Shown: positions 27,526 to 35,870, counted from the first letter of the stretch. The stretch is 64,000 nucleotides of DNA from a virus (IMGVR_UViG_3300045538_000426:1-64000); one strand, 5' to 3'. The notes: generated from the letters alone by a model not told the origin. A program made the numbers and translations.

Positions 27526-28710
27526 ATGAGTTCACCTAGCGATTTTTTTGATGTAGTGGAGTTTGATTACGATCTTGAGAAAAAGAAATTCATAGACAAT
27601 CTCAATTTCTTAAAAAACATGGATGTTCACGAACAGACATTCTATAAGAAGTGGTATGAATTACAATCTTATAATTCACTAATTTCAAATTCTACGTTGA
27701 CGAAGGCCAGTGTATGGAACGCATCTGATATTTTGGACGAAAAATCTACCATATCCGAGATTGAGGCTATGAATCCCACCATCGAACTTGTAAAAACAAA
27801 AGCTGATGAAAATCACTGGCTCATGCTTAGGTTGTTTTGTCACACGATGGAATTCAGTCAGACGCCCGGTAGATTTCTGAAATTTCTGATACACGACGGT
27901 TCGCCTGAGAAAAAGTATCTAGGTGGTATATCTGTGTCCAGTGATGTTATAGCTATAACCGACAGAGACAATTACATCGGATGGTCTTCTGAAAATCGAC
28001 TTAAGGGAAACAAAAGAATAAATAACAGTTCGATAGGTAGTTGTATAATGTCGACGCAACCGTTTGGTTATAATTTCTTAGGTGGTAAGTTGGGTGCGTG
28101 TCTTGTGACTACGGATGTTGTTCGTGAAACGTGGAAATCACAATATGACGCGGTGTTAGCCGGGATGACCACGACAAGTTTATACGGCAGTTTCAGTATG
28201 TATAATAGTCTAAAATGGTGGTATAAATGTGGGACTAGTGCTGGAAAAATCTCGATAAAGCCAGATGATTCTGTTTACGAAATTTGGCATCATTGGATTC
28301 AGAAGAACAAGCCAGCGGAATATGCAAAAATGATGACGCAGAAAGAGGGTGTATCAGGACCTGTCACAGGAGCAAAACAAAGAGTAATATCAACGGTGTT
28401 TAGTCAACTTGGAATAAAAGCGTCCGATTACGTTCACGGATTCCAACGTGGAACGTATTACAGCTCATTTTATGAAAATACTAGGGATTTTCTATGTGAC
28501 AAGATAACGGAAAATGAACTGGTTATGAAACCACTGTTCGCCGGCGACAAGAATTTGATTTTGGAATGGTGGAGGCCTCGTGCGATTGAGCGGTATAAGA
28601 AACTCCGTTCCGAGGGGAAGTTAAAAAGTGACGTTCTTTATTACAATGACATGATTGGAATGGAATACAACGAAGCAAAGGAGAGATATTTAAATGAAGT
28701 TGGAAGATAG
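27526..28710 (+). CDS. DUF4338/DruA-like GNAT-fold protein
   Basis: TPGRFLKFLI...YLGGISVSSDVIAITDRDNYIGW...STQPFGYNFLGGKL...TTTSLYG..SMYN; N-terminus SDFFD. Confidence 0.7.
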   Translation: MSSPSDFFDVVEFDYDLEKKKFIDNLNFLKNMDVHEQTFYKKWYELQSYNSLISNSTLTKASVWNASDILDEKSTISEIEAMNPTIELVKTKADENHWLMLRLFCHTMEFSQTPGRFLKFLIHDGSPEKKYLGGISVSSDVIAITDRDNYIGWSSENRLKGNKRINNSSIGSCIMSTQPFGYNFLGGKLGACLVTTDVVRETWKSQYDAVLAGMTTTSLYGSFSMYNSLKWWYKCGTSAGKISIKPDDSVYEIWHHWIQKNKPAEYAKMMTQKEGVSGPVTGAKQRVISTVFSQLGIKASDYVHGFQRGTYYSSFYENTRDFLCDKITENELVMKPLFAGDKNLILEWWRPRAIERYKKLRSEGKLKSDVLYYNDMIGMEYNEAKERYLNEVGR

Positions 28711-29098
28711 AAAATTAATCCAAATTGGAGAGGTCGGTAATGAATTTACGAGGTTCATTTCGTCAGCTGGGTTATCTATGGCCACCGGATACAATAGAAT
28801 CGTGTTCGGTGCTAGGGGACCATATATAGAATTCGATCCATCTCATATCATACATACAAACATCCATATACCCGAGAACCAATTGTTTAGGATAAGCGAC
28901 CCACGTATTTACTATATAGAATTTCGTAGTTGTGACGTGGCTGCTGTTAAGGTGTATTATCAGATGAGAACAGTCGCTTATGCTGACTATAAGATAGGAA
29001 TGTTCTACATATCTCCATTGGAACTACAATTAATGGGTGGAGAAAATGTTCTGAAACTTACCTCTGAAAACGAAAAGAGTAGAGAATTTTTTGAATAA
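28694..29098 (+). CDS. hypothetical protein with C-terminal KSREFFE motif
   Basis: RIVFGARGPYIEF...KVYYQMRTVAYADYKIGMFYISP; overlaps the end of the DUF4338 gene. Confidence 0.75.
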   Translation: MKLEDRKLIQIGEVGNEFTRFISSAGLSMATGYNRIVFGARGPYIEFDPSHIIHTNIHIPENQLFRISDPRIYYIEFRSCDVAAVKVYYQMRTVAYADYKIGMFYISPLELQLMGGENVLKLTSENEKSREFFE

Positions 29099-29102
29099 AT
29101 TT

Positions 29103-29957
29103 ATGAAAACCATTGATCTACAACCTAAAGAAATTGTTCCGATTATGGATCAGTTGAAACAACATAGTAAAGACGGTCTTGTGTTGTGTTTTGTCGGTGT
29201 CGGCAGCGCGTGGAGCAAGAGGAATGTCAATACAAGTTTAATTGTTGCAAAAAATGGGATAACAATCTTAGTTGATATCGGAAGAAACATCCCAGAGGAG
29301 TTAGCTAAGATGGGTGTGGATATGCTTGATTTTGACTACTACCATTTTACACACAGCCATTGTGACCACGTCGGCGGCGCGGAACAACTACTACTCCAGC
29401 TTCGTTATATCAAAAAGAAAAAGGCCAAGGTAATCATAACCAATGAATACCAACAGGTTCTTTGGAACGAAACCCTAAAGGGAGGGTGTGAGATAAATGA
29501 GGACGGTTTGCTTCGGTTTACTGATTTTGTTGAAGTCATTAGGCCGGATTGGATGGCCGGTCAACCTCGTGAAAAATATCACATCAAATTAGACGGTGTC
29601 TTGGAATTTGATATTTTTAGAACCTTTCATGTTCCTGGAAATGTAAATAGTTGGGAGAAGGCATTCTGGTCAACTGGTCTTATTTTGGATAAAAAAGCAA
29701 TATTCACCGCTGACACCAGGTTCGATCTTTCTATATTCGAACATCTTGAATTTGACGGAGTGGAGGCAATATATCACGATTGTCAGTTATCCGGCCCAGG
29801 TTCAGTTCACGCTACATACGAGGAACTCACTCGTCTCATGCCGTCATATAAAGAGAGGATGTTTCTCACTCATTACGGAGACAATTTCGAAAAATTCGAC
29901 CCACAGTCAGATGGCTTCCGTGGGTTTGCAAAGCCGTGGGTGGTATATAAATTCTAA
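29103..29957 (+). CDS. apyc1: Apyc1-like metallo-beta-lactamase-fold cyclic nucleotide phosphodiesterase (anti-Pycsar candidate)
   Basis: GVGSAWSKR, THSHCDHVGG, LWNETLKGG, TADTRFD, HDCQL...VHATYEEL and FLTHYGDN parallel the Apyc1 motifs as recalled (GTGSAFSKK, THTHADHIGG, LWNDSLKGG, HDCQL..GVHAS..EL, FLMHYGDN). Confidence 0.75.
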   Translation: MKTIDLQPKEIVPIMDQLKQHSKDGLVLCFVGVGSAWSKRNVNTSLIVAKNGITILVDIGRNIPEELAKMGVDMLDFDYYHFTHSHCDHVGGAEQLLLQLRYIKKKKAKVIITNEYQQVLWNETLKGGCEINEDGLLRFTDFVEVIRPDWMAGQPREKYHIKLDGVLEFDIFRTFHVPGNVNSWEKAFWSTGLILDKKAIFTADTRFDLSIFEHLEFDGVEAIYHDCQLSGPGSVHATYEELTRLMPSYKERMFLTHYGDNFEKFDPQSDGFRGFAKPWVVYKF

Positions 29958-29985
29958 TATAACAAACAAATCATACGAAATGATG

Positions 29986-30013
29986 TTGACTGTTGTACGA
30001 TAGGTGGTAGTAT
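29986..30013 (+). promoter_or_regulatory. sigma70-type promoter with extended -10
   Basis: TTGACT (29986-29991), 16 nt spacer, TG-g-TAGTAT (30008-30013). Confidence 0.7.
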
Positions 30014-30075
30014 TTAATTACAAATTCGGATTGACTCTGTTGTTAATCTGAAAACAAAACAAAAAACAAAATAGT

Positions 30076-30282
30076 ATGATAACCCGAAAAAACAAGAAAA
30101 ACCGCACAGCGTTTGTATATGACAACCGTGGCAATTTCGAAGCATTTTTGTCCCAGACTTTCACTGGTGCAAAGCAAGCGAGTCGATTGACTCTTAGGAC
30201 TCCTACCCATAGAGTCGACCTCACCGGCGCTGATTTGAGAGTCCTCCGTCGAGTGCTAAATCGAGCGGCTAAGTTGGTCTAA
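30076..30282 (+). CDS. small basic hypothetical protein
   Basis: 68 aa, Arg/Lys-rich, first gene after the promoter. Confidence 0.65.
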   Translation: MITRKNKKNRTAFVYDNRGNFEAFLSQTFTGAKQASRLTLRTPTHRVDLTGADLRVLRRVLNRAAKLV

Positions 30283-30293
30283 TCTACCGGAAG

Positions 30294-30734
30294 TTGAAAC
30301 TGTTGATTTCAATTTTAGTTGGGTTGGTATGTTGGTTTCCTAAATGTATTCCGTTAGTCGCAGGACTGGCGGTTTACTTCATTTTGCGCCAGAAGTCTCG
30401 GATGGAAACTAATCTCTTAAATCAAGATGAGAACAATGTTAGATTTAGGTCTGACATTGACACTATCGCAACTAATCAATCAAAGTTAAACGACTCTTTA
30501 CGGACAGTCTCAGCGAAATCACACGATTCTAATGTCCGGCTCAAAGAAGATATAAGTTGTTTGAGAAACGAACTCCGTGTGTTAGAGTCTTCGTTGAAAC
30601 GAGTTAACTCAGATACCAATCATGGCACGACCAAAGAAGACATCCTCGGAAGACAGCGGCGATTCCTCAAAAGTATTGAAGGCAAAAACCCTGTTCGACC
30701 ACATCAATCAGATAAGAAACGTCAAATCACCTGA
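30294..30734 (+). CDS. putative membrane-anchored coiled-coil protein
   Basis: TTG start, hydrophobic N-terminus, coiled-coil; the 3' end overlaps the next gene by 113 nt, so boundaries are uncertain. Confidence 0.4.
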   Translation: MKLLISILVGLVCWFPKCIPLVAGLAVYFILRQKSRMETNLLNQDENNVRFRSDIDTIATNQSKLNDSLRTVSAKSHDSNVRLKEDISCLRNELRVLESSLKRVNSDTNHGTTKEDILGRQRRFLKSIEGKNPVRPHQSDKKRQIT

Positions 30735-31119
30735 TTATTTTGAGAAGTTAACCGACGGTGATAAAAAGAGTTTCAATCACTACATGATATGTAGGTTCTT
30801 GAGTATGGATCCTTCTTGTATATATGAAGCGTCGTACTTGAGTAAGGTATTTGATAAGATGGATAGCAAGTCGTTTTACAAAGTCTGTTGTGCGATTATT
30901 CCAAATGCTAGATATACACCGTATATAAAGAGTTCTCGTAAGAAGATAAATTCTGAATTGGTGGGATATATTGTTTCTAGGTTCAATGTAGGTAGTCATG
31001 AAGCGGAAGACTATTACAGAGTCTTGATTAACTTACCGACTGGATTAGAAACACTCGGGGAGATATGTAAGGGATATGGTAAGACGGATAAGGAGATAGA
31101 TAAAATTTTAAATGAATAA
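30622..31119 (+). CDS. clamp loader small subunit (T4 gp62-like)
   Basis: TLFDHINQI...KSFNHYMICRFLSM...YTPYIK...SHEAEDY pattern; clamp and gp44-like genes are present at 61-63 kb. Confidence 0.7.
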   Translation: MARPKKTSSEDSGDSSKVLKAKTLFDHINQIRNVKSPDYFEKLTDGDKKSFNHYMICRFLSMDPSCIYEASYLSKVFDKMDSKSFYKVCCAIIPNARYTPYIKSSRKKINSELVGYIVSRFNVGSHEAEDYYRVLINLPTGLETLGEICKGYGKTDKEIDKILNE

Positions 31120-31729
31120 CCGTAATAAATACATCGGAGTGTCGGGAGTAGCGAGGGTCGGGAAGAACCTCTTCTGTGATATTGCTAGTGACATATTGAG
31201 AGAAGAATACAACCTGACTTCGGAAACCTTTGCGTTAGCCACTTATTTAAAACGTGACGGTGAAATATTTTTGAGAGAAAAGTTGGGATTGAATGTTTGG
31301 TCGGAAGTAACCGAAGAAAAGTCTATATTTCGACCTTTCCTGATATGGTACGGTGGCGTCAAACGGAATCGTTCAAAGGGTAGGTGTTGGATAAACATGT
31401 TAGATCCGGAGATTCGTGCCAGTAAAGCTGATGTATGTTTCGTAAGCGATGTTCGGTTTGCTACATATGCCGACGACGAAGCACATTGGATTCAAACGGA
31501 ACTGTCGGGAAAACTAATCCACTTGTCTCGGTATAAATTTAACTCCGATGGTCAGTTCGAAGTAACCCCGCCGGCGTCGGACGATGAGGAAAGAAACGAC
31601 CCGATGTTGAATCGAATATCAGATGCATCATTGCAATGGAAGGATTCCGGCTGCAAAACACATGAAGATGCCAGAAAAAACCTAATTCTCAGAGAGAATG
31701 TCCGTCAGATATTATACAAGGTGATGTGA
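31112..31729 (+). CDS. deoxynucleoside monophosphate kinase-like P-loop protein
   Basis: IGVSGVARVGKN Walker A, FALATYLK, RPFLIWYG, FVSDVRF. Confidence 0.75.
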   Translation: MNNRNKYIGVSGVARVGKNLFCDIASDILREEYNLTSETFALATYLKRDGEIFLREKLGLNVWSEVTEEKSIFRPFLIWYGGVKRNRSKGRCWINMLDPEIRASKADVCFVSDVRFATYADDEAHWIQTELSGKLIHLSRYKFNSDGQFEVTPPASDDEERNDPMLNRISDASLQWKDSGCKTHEDARKNLILRENVRQILYKVM

Positions 31730-32490
31730 AGGATAATTTATACAATAACGGTGATGTGTTTTTTGACATAGAGAAGTCTAAATTACAAATCCAACTTATA
31801 CAGTGCACGACACCCGTGCAAAATAAGCTATTTCGTGATACCATAGATAAACATCATTCTTATGTAAAATATAAGGATTCTCCCACTCGGAATATACGGT
31901 ATCTAGTTTACGAGGGAGTGAGCGGGAACCACATAGGAGCAGTCGGCCTCAGCAGTGCTACAATTGCTGTCGCTTGTAGAGATGCTTTCATGGGGTGGGA
32001 TAATGAAACAAAGATGCTCCATCTCAACAAACTGGCAAACAACAGTCGGTTTTGTTTGATACGTGATAACATAACGGTGAGAAATGCTGCCAGTATGTGT
32101 CTAAAACAACTCCGTATAGAAGGCGCTCTTGATTGGAAGAAGAGATACGGCGACGAGTTAATTTTATTAGAGACATTTGTTCAACCTGACCGTGACGAGG
32201 AATTGGATGGTCAGAAAAGCAGAAATGGGTGTTGTTATAGAAGCGACAATTGGATTCCGGTGGGAATGACCTCCGGTGCAAGCATACAAAAATCCCCACT
32301 CCTTCTATGGGCTAAGGAAAAAGGAGAACGAGGTCGACTTGCGAGAGAGGATAAGGCCGAGTGTCTGAGAATCTACGGAAAGTATTTGGGAGAACACAAT
32401 GGAAGTGGATATAAAGTCACTGAGAGTAAGAAAAAAATTGTGTTTGTTAAACCATTGGTTCATAATTGGAAAACCATAATATCAAAATGA
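31726..32490 (+). CDS. DUF4338/DruA-like GNAT-fold protein
   Basis: IDKHHSYV...RNIRYLV...IGAVGLSS...RDAFMGW...LANNSRFCL...DWKKRYG..LILLETFV...GCCYRSDNW..VG.TSG; N-terminal VFFD. Confidence 0.8.
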   Translation: MKDNLYNNGDVFFDIEKSKLQIQLIQCTTPVQNKLFRDTIDKHHSYVKYKDSPTRNIRYLVYEGVSGNHIGAVGLSSATIAVACRDAFMGWDNETKMLHLNKLANNSRFCLIRDNITVRNAASMCLKQLRIEGALDWKKRYGDELILLETFVQPDRDEELDGQKSRNGCCYRSDNWIPVGMTSGASIQKSPLLLWAKEKGERGRLAREDKAECLRIYGKYLGEHNGSGYKVTESKKKIVFVKPLVHNWKTIISK

Positions 32491-33815
32491 ATGAATTTTT
32501 CGAATACGCTTCGCCTGAAATAGAATGTAAGTATAGAATACTTGTTTGGCCAAACATAACCTATTCGGAGGATTTGGAAAAGGATTCATATGTCGTCGTG
32601 TTATCTAATGTGATACGGGAGGTAAATAAAATCGTTCCGGGTGTATTCTGGACGATTGTTACACCGAAGGAAGTCAACAGTCTCAAGTTTCAAAATACTG
32701 AACAGATTATTTACGACTTTCCAACGTATCCAAATTCCATGAGAATCCACTTCGATTTCCGAAAGGTAATGAATCTCATAGATTGGAAAAGAAACGACTA
32801 TGATATAGTTTACAGTCATTTACCGGAACATACTCTCCAGTTATCGAACCTGTTCAATAACCAAACCAATATACGTCCGAAGTTCATAGGATATTGTCAT
32901 TGGTATGAAGTCGAGGAAAATACCGCTTATCTCAAGAATGTATTTATGAACAATATCGCCGGAACACTTGAGATGCAAGAGTGTGGGGTGAATTCTAAAT
33001 GGCTTAAATCTTTGGTATTAGAGAGGGCTGCCAAGTATTACTCAAAAAATGTCTTGGAAGATTTGGAGAAGATAATACAACCTCATTATCTTGGGACAGA
33101 TGCTGACGTGGGAGATAACACAAACATCGTCCAGAAGTCTATTTTATTTAATCACAGACCCAATCAGTATACAGGTTGGAACGAATTCCTATCGACTATG
33201 GACAACCTGTATAAAGTAAGACAGGATTTCACTGTATATGTCACGTTGGCTGAAGAGGAACGACCATATATAAAGAAGGTGTGTCTCGATAGGAAGGGAT
33301 ATTCTAACTTTCTGAAACAGATGCAAGTCGGCGTCGGATTCTTTAAAAGTTACAGTGCGTGGTCAATTTCCGCCACGGACGGTATGAGCCGCGGGCTCCC
33401 GTATTTGTTGCCAAAGAAGTTGTGCTATCCCGAAATGGTCGGTGACGATTATCCTCTATTTTTTAGCAATACAGACCAGTTTTTAATAAAGTTGGAGAAA
33501 GCACTTGATAACCCGGATTTCAGAAAAGACAATTCCGAGAGTTTATTGAAAGTGGTAAATAATTTGACGTGGGAAAATACCGTTCCAAAGTGGTTCAACA
33601 AGTGGAATGTATTTGAATTCGACAAATTAACAAAAGACACCCCGCGGTATAACGATATATTGGAATTGATAAAAACTAAGGGTACTGTTTCCAAGGAAAC
33701 TCTCATGGACTTTTTGGGGTGGGGAGTCAATATTTCCATGTCACCTTATAGAAATAGACTTAGGGATGAAACGGGAATTACATTCTTGAAAAATACCTAC
33801 CAATATAAGAATTGA
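32487..33815 (+). CDS. GT-B glycosyltransferase with C-terminal winged helix (candidate DNA glycosyltransferase)
   Basis: ATG at 32487 overlaps the upstream TGA; DIVYSHLPE, LFNHR, WSISATDGMSRGLPYL GT-B motifs; tail RYNDILELIKTKGTVSKETLMDFLGW...SPYRNRLR; starts MNEFFE. Confidence 0.75.
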   Translation: MNEFFEYASPEIECKYRILVWPNITYSEDLEKDSYVVVLSNVIREVNKIVPGVFWTIVTPKEVNSLKFQNTEQIIYDFPTYPNSMRIHFDFRKVMNLIDWKRNDYDIVYSHLPEHTLQLSNLFNNQTNIRPKFIGYCHWYEVEENTAYLKNVFMNNIAGTLEMQECGVNSKWLKSLVLERAAKYYSKNVLEDLEKIIQPHYLGTDADVGDNTNIVQKSILFNHRPNQYTGWNEFLSTMDNLYKVRQDFTVYVTLAEEERPYIKKVCLDRKGYSNFLKQMQVGVGFFKSYSAWSISATDGMSRGLPYLLPKKLCYPEMVGDDYPLFFSNTDQFLIKLEKALDNPDFRKDNSESLLKVVNNLTWENTVPKWFNKWNVFEFDKLTKDTPRYNDILELIKTKGTVSKETLMDFLGWGVNISMSPYRNRLRDETGITFLKNTYQYKN

Positions 33816-33816
33816 G

Positions 33817-33843
33817 TTCTAATGTTTTCTAATTTTTTCTAAT
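33817..33843 (+). repeat. three TTCTAAT direct repeats at exact 10-bp period (candidate operator)
   Basis: TTCTAAT at 33817, 33827 and 33837, just before a TATGTATG box (33854-33861) and an RHH gene. Confidence 0.6.
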
Positions 33844-33865
33844 ATCGTTCTCATATGTATGGGAA

Positions 33866-34045
33866 ATGGTTGATGAAAAAGATAACACCTCGATCCAAAT
33901 CTCGGTAAGAATACGTGATTTGCTTCGGGATTTTTGCGATGAACGCGGATTCAAAATGAGCCGGTTTGTCGAAATCGCTATCCTACAATCAATCTCAGGA
34001 AGTTATTCAGTACAAAATTATGAAAATGACAAAAGCACAAGCTGA
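33866..34045 (+). CDS. ribbon-helix-helix (Arc/MetJ-type) protein, absent from the ORF track
   Basis: 59 aa MVDEKDNTSIQISVRIRDLLRDFCDERGFKMSRFVEIAILQSI...; TSIQIS strand followed by two helices joined by G. Confidence 0.7.
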   Translation: MVDEKDNTSIQISVRIRDLLRDFCDERGFKMSRFVEIAILQSISGSYSVQNYENDKSTS

Positions 34046-34208
34046 AGCAAAGGTCTACACCCTCACCGAATCTCTATTAGCAACGAAGCGAGACCAGAAG
34101 GATGTAAATGCGGGATATAAGGAAAAAATCAAGGATGTGGAATCTGAGATAAAGGCGATTATAGAAGACTACAATTCCGCCGGTTCCGTGCCTGCTACGA
34201 CGGTCTAA
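34020..34208 (+). CDS. small coiled-coil hypothetical protein
   Basis: MKMTKAQAEAKVY...GYKEKIKDVESEIKAII; ATG at 34020 preferred. Confidence 0.6.
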   Translation: MKMTKAQAEAKVYTLTESLLATKRDQKDVNAGYKEKIKDVESEIKAIIEDYNSAGSVPATTV

Positions 34209-34229
34209 TCAAACCTACGAACAAGTTGT

Positions 34230-34772
34230 ATGGAAAAGAAAAAGATATTGTTGGCAAGTGATGATCTTAGGATGTTCAGTGGAGTTGCCTGTCAGTCAAG
34301 GGAACTTGTCATAAATACACTACATCATTACGACTGGGTTCAGATCGCGGGCTCAATTAAACATCCGGAGGCAGGAAAGGTGGTTGATATGTGTCAAGCC
34401 GCCAGAGAACAATCGGGCGTGAAAGATGCTTATCTAAAGTTGTATCCGGCAGATGGTTACGGTAACGAAGATATGCTGCTTTCTATCATGGATATTGAGA
34501 AGCCGGATGCAATTATGCATTTTACCGACCCTCGTTTTTGGGGATGGTTGTATCAAATCGAAAGAAAGATCCGACAAACCATTCCGCTTACGTATCTCAA
34601 TATTTGGGATGATATTCCATATCCAATGTGGAATCGTCCGTTTTATGAGAGCTGTGATGCTCTTTTTAGTATCAGCAAACAGACGATGAACATTAACAAG
34701 TGGGTTCTCGGTCCGGAAAATTGCACGAGTGTCGGTGGAGATTATGACAGCGACGGTAATGTTATCATATGA
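34230..34772 (+). CDS. GT-B glycosyltransferase, N-terminal half of a split gene
   Basis: KILLASDDLRMFSGVA...EKPDAIMHFTDPRFW...YLNIWDD..YP..N...YESCDAL..ISKQ; ends before the last strand of the N-terminal domain. Confidence 0.8.
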   Translation: MEKKKILLASDDLRMFSGVACQSRELVINTLHHYDWVQIAGSIKHPEAGKVVDMCQAAREQSGVKDAYLKLYPADGYGNEDMLLSIMDIEKPDAIMHFTDPRFWGWLYQIERKIRQTIPLTYLNIWDDIPYPMWNRPFYESCDALFSISKQTMNINKWVLGPENCTSVGGDYDSDGNVII

Positions 34773-34831
34773 CACTCACGCCCGATGAACAGGAAAAGGT
34801 CGTTGTGGACGAATTAATAAATTTTAACTAG
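34769..34831 (+). CDS. 20-aa mini-ORF between the two glycosyltransferase halves
   Basis: ATG overlaps the upstream TGA (ATGA); MTLTPDEQEKVVVDELINFN then TAG. Confidence 0.3.
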   Translation: MTLTPDEQEKVVVDELINFN

Positions 34832-34841
34832 ATAAAAACAT

Positions 34842-35831
34842 ATGCCAGTAAAAGGAAAACACCTACTTCACTACGTCCCACATGGGATCAACTCCACTGT
34901 ATTTAAACCAGTCGACGCTACGTCGCCCGAACTCGTCAAGTTTCGTAAGAACTTATTTAAAAACGGAGAATATGATTTCGTATTCTTCTATAACAGCCGC
35001 AACATCAATCGCAAGCGGACAGCGAACATCATGTTGGCGTTTCGAACATTCTGTGATAATTTGCCCAAAGAGAAGTCATCCAAGTGCATTCTCGTTCTTC
35101 ACACTGAGAAAATCCTCGACGCTGGAACGGATTTGAACGCAGTTGGAGAAGCGTTTCTACAGGGACTTAACTATCTTGTATTGGAGAGTAGATATTCTCC
35201 GGAAGAAATGAATCTTCTTTACAATCTATCCGATGTTACGGTCAATGTGAGTTCAAACGAGGGATTTGGATTGAGCGTCGCTGAATCAATCGTATCAGGA
35301 ACCCCCGTCATTGTAAATGTTACTGGTGGATTACAAGACCAGATAGGCCAGTTGGATGACGATGGAAAGCCGGTGGAATTTTCACGAGATTTTGGTTCAA
35401 ACAATGTTAAAAAATATACGAAACATGGTATCTGGGCTAAGCCGGTTTGGCCCGTGACTCGCGTCATTCAAGGTTCACCGCCGACTCCTTATATATTCGA
35501 CGATTTGTGTAAGTGGGAAGATGTAGCCGAGGCTATGATGTATTGGTATGTTCTCGGTAAAGAAAAGTGTGAATCGTGTGGAGCCGAGGGTCGCAGGTGG
35601 GCTCTAAATGAGGGCGGGTTGAATCATAAGAATCTCGCCGAACAGTTCATAAAGGCTATGGATTTCACCTTGGAGAACTTCACTCCACGGTCTAGGTTCA
35701 GCCTCCACGGAGACACTGAATATGTTGGGAATAGGATGCCGCAAAACAGTATGGGGTTTGATATTCCAAAGATAGATGTGGAAAAAATGAGGAGTGAAAT
35801 AGTTCACGTCAATCAAACAAACTCTCTATAA
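34842..35831 (+). CDS. GT-B glycosyltransferase, C-terminal half of a split gene
   Basis: LLHYVPHGIN, FFYNSRNINRK, SSNEGFGLSVAESIVSGTPVIVNVTGGLQDQ (GT4 EGFG..E motif). Confidence 0.85.
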   Translation: MPVKGKHLLHYVPHGINSTVFKPVDATSPELVKFRKNLFKNGEYDFVFFYNSRNINRKRTANIMLAFRTFCDNLPKEKSSKCILVLHTEKILDAGTDLNAVGEAFLQGLNYLVLESRYSPEEMNLLYNLSDVTVNVSSNEGFGLSVAESIVSGTPVIVNVTGGLQDQIGQLDDDGKPVEFSRDFGSNNVKKYTKHGIWAKPVWPVTRVIQGSPPTPYIFDDLCKWEDVAEAMMYWYVLGKEKCESCGAEGRRWALNEGGLNHKNLAEQFIKAMDFTLENFTPRSRFSLHGDTEYVGNRMPQNSMGFDIPKIDVEKMRSEIVHVNQTNSL

Positions 35832-35870
35832 TAGATTGATTAGTTGGATGTGATGTGAGAATATACCGAT

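Noticed and set aside
27526-32490. A Druantia defence system
   Set aside because: Only DUF4338-like genes are present; no DruE-type helicase or other Dru genes are in the window.
34766-34844. T4 gene 60-like ribosomal bypass or excision at the repeated CATATG flanking the GT split
   Set aside because: The two copies are 73 nt apart, which is out of frame; joining them gives ATA TGC CAG TAA. No matched in-frame landing codon is present, and 69 nt is too short for a self-splicing intron.
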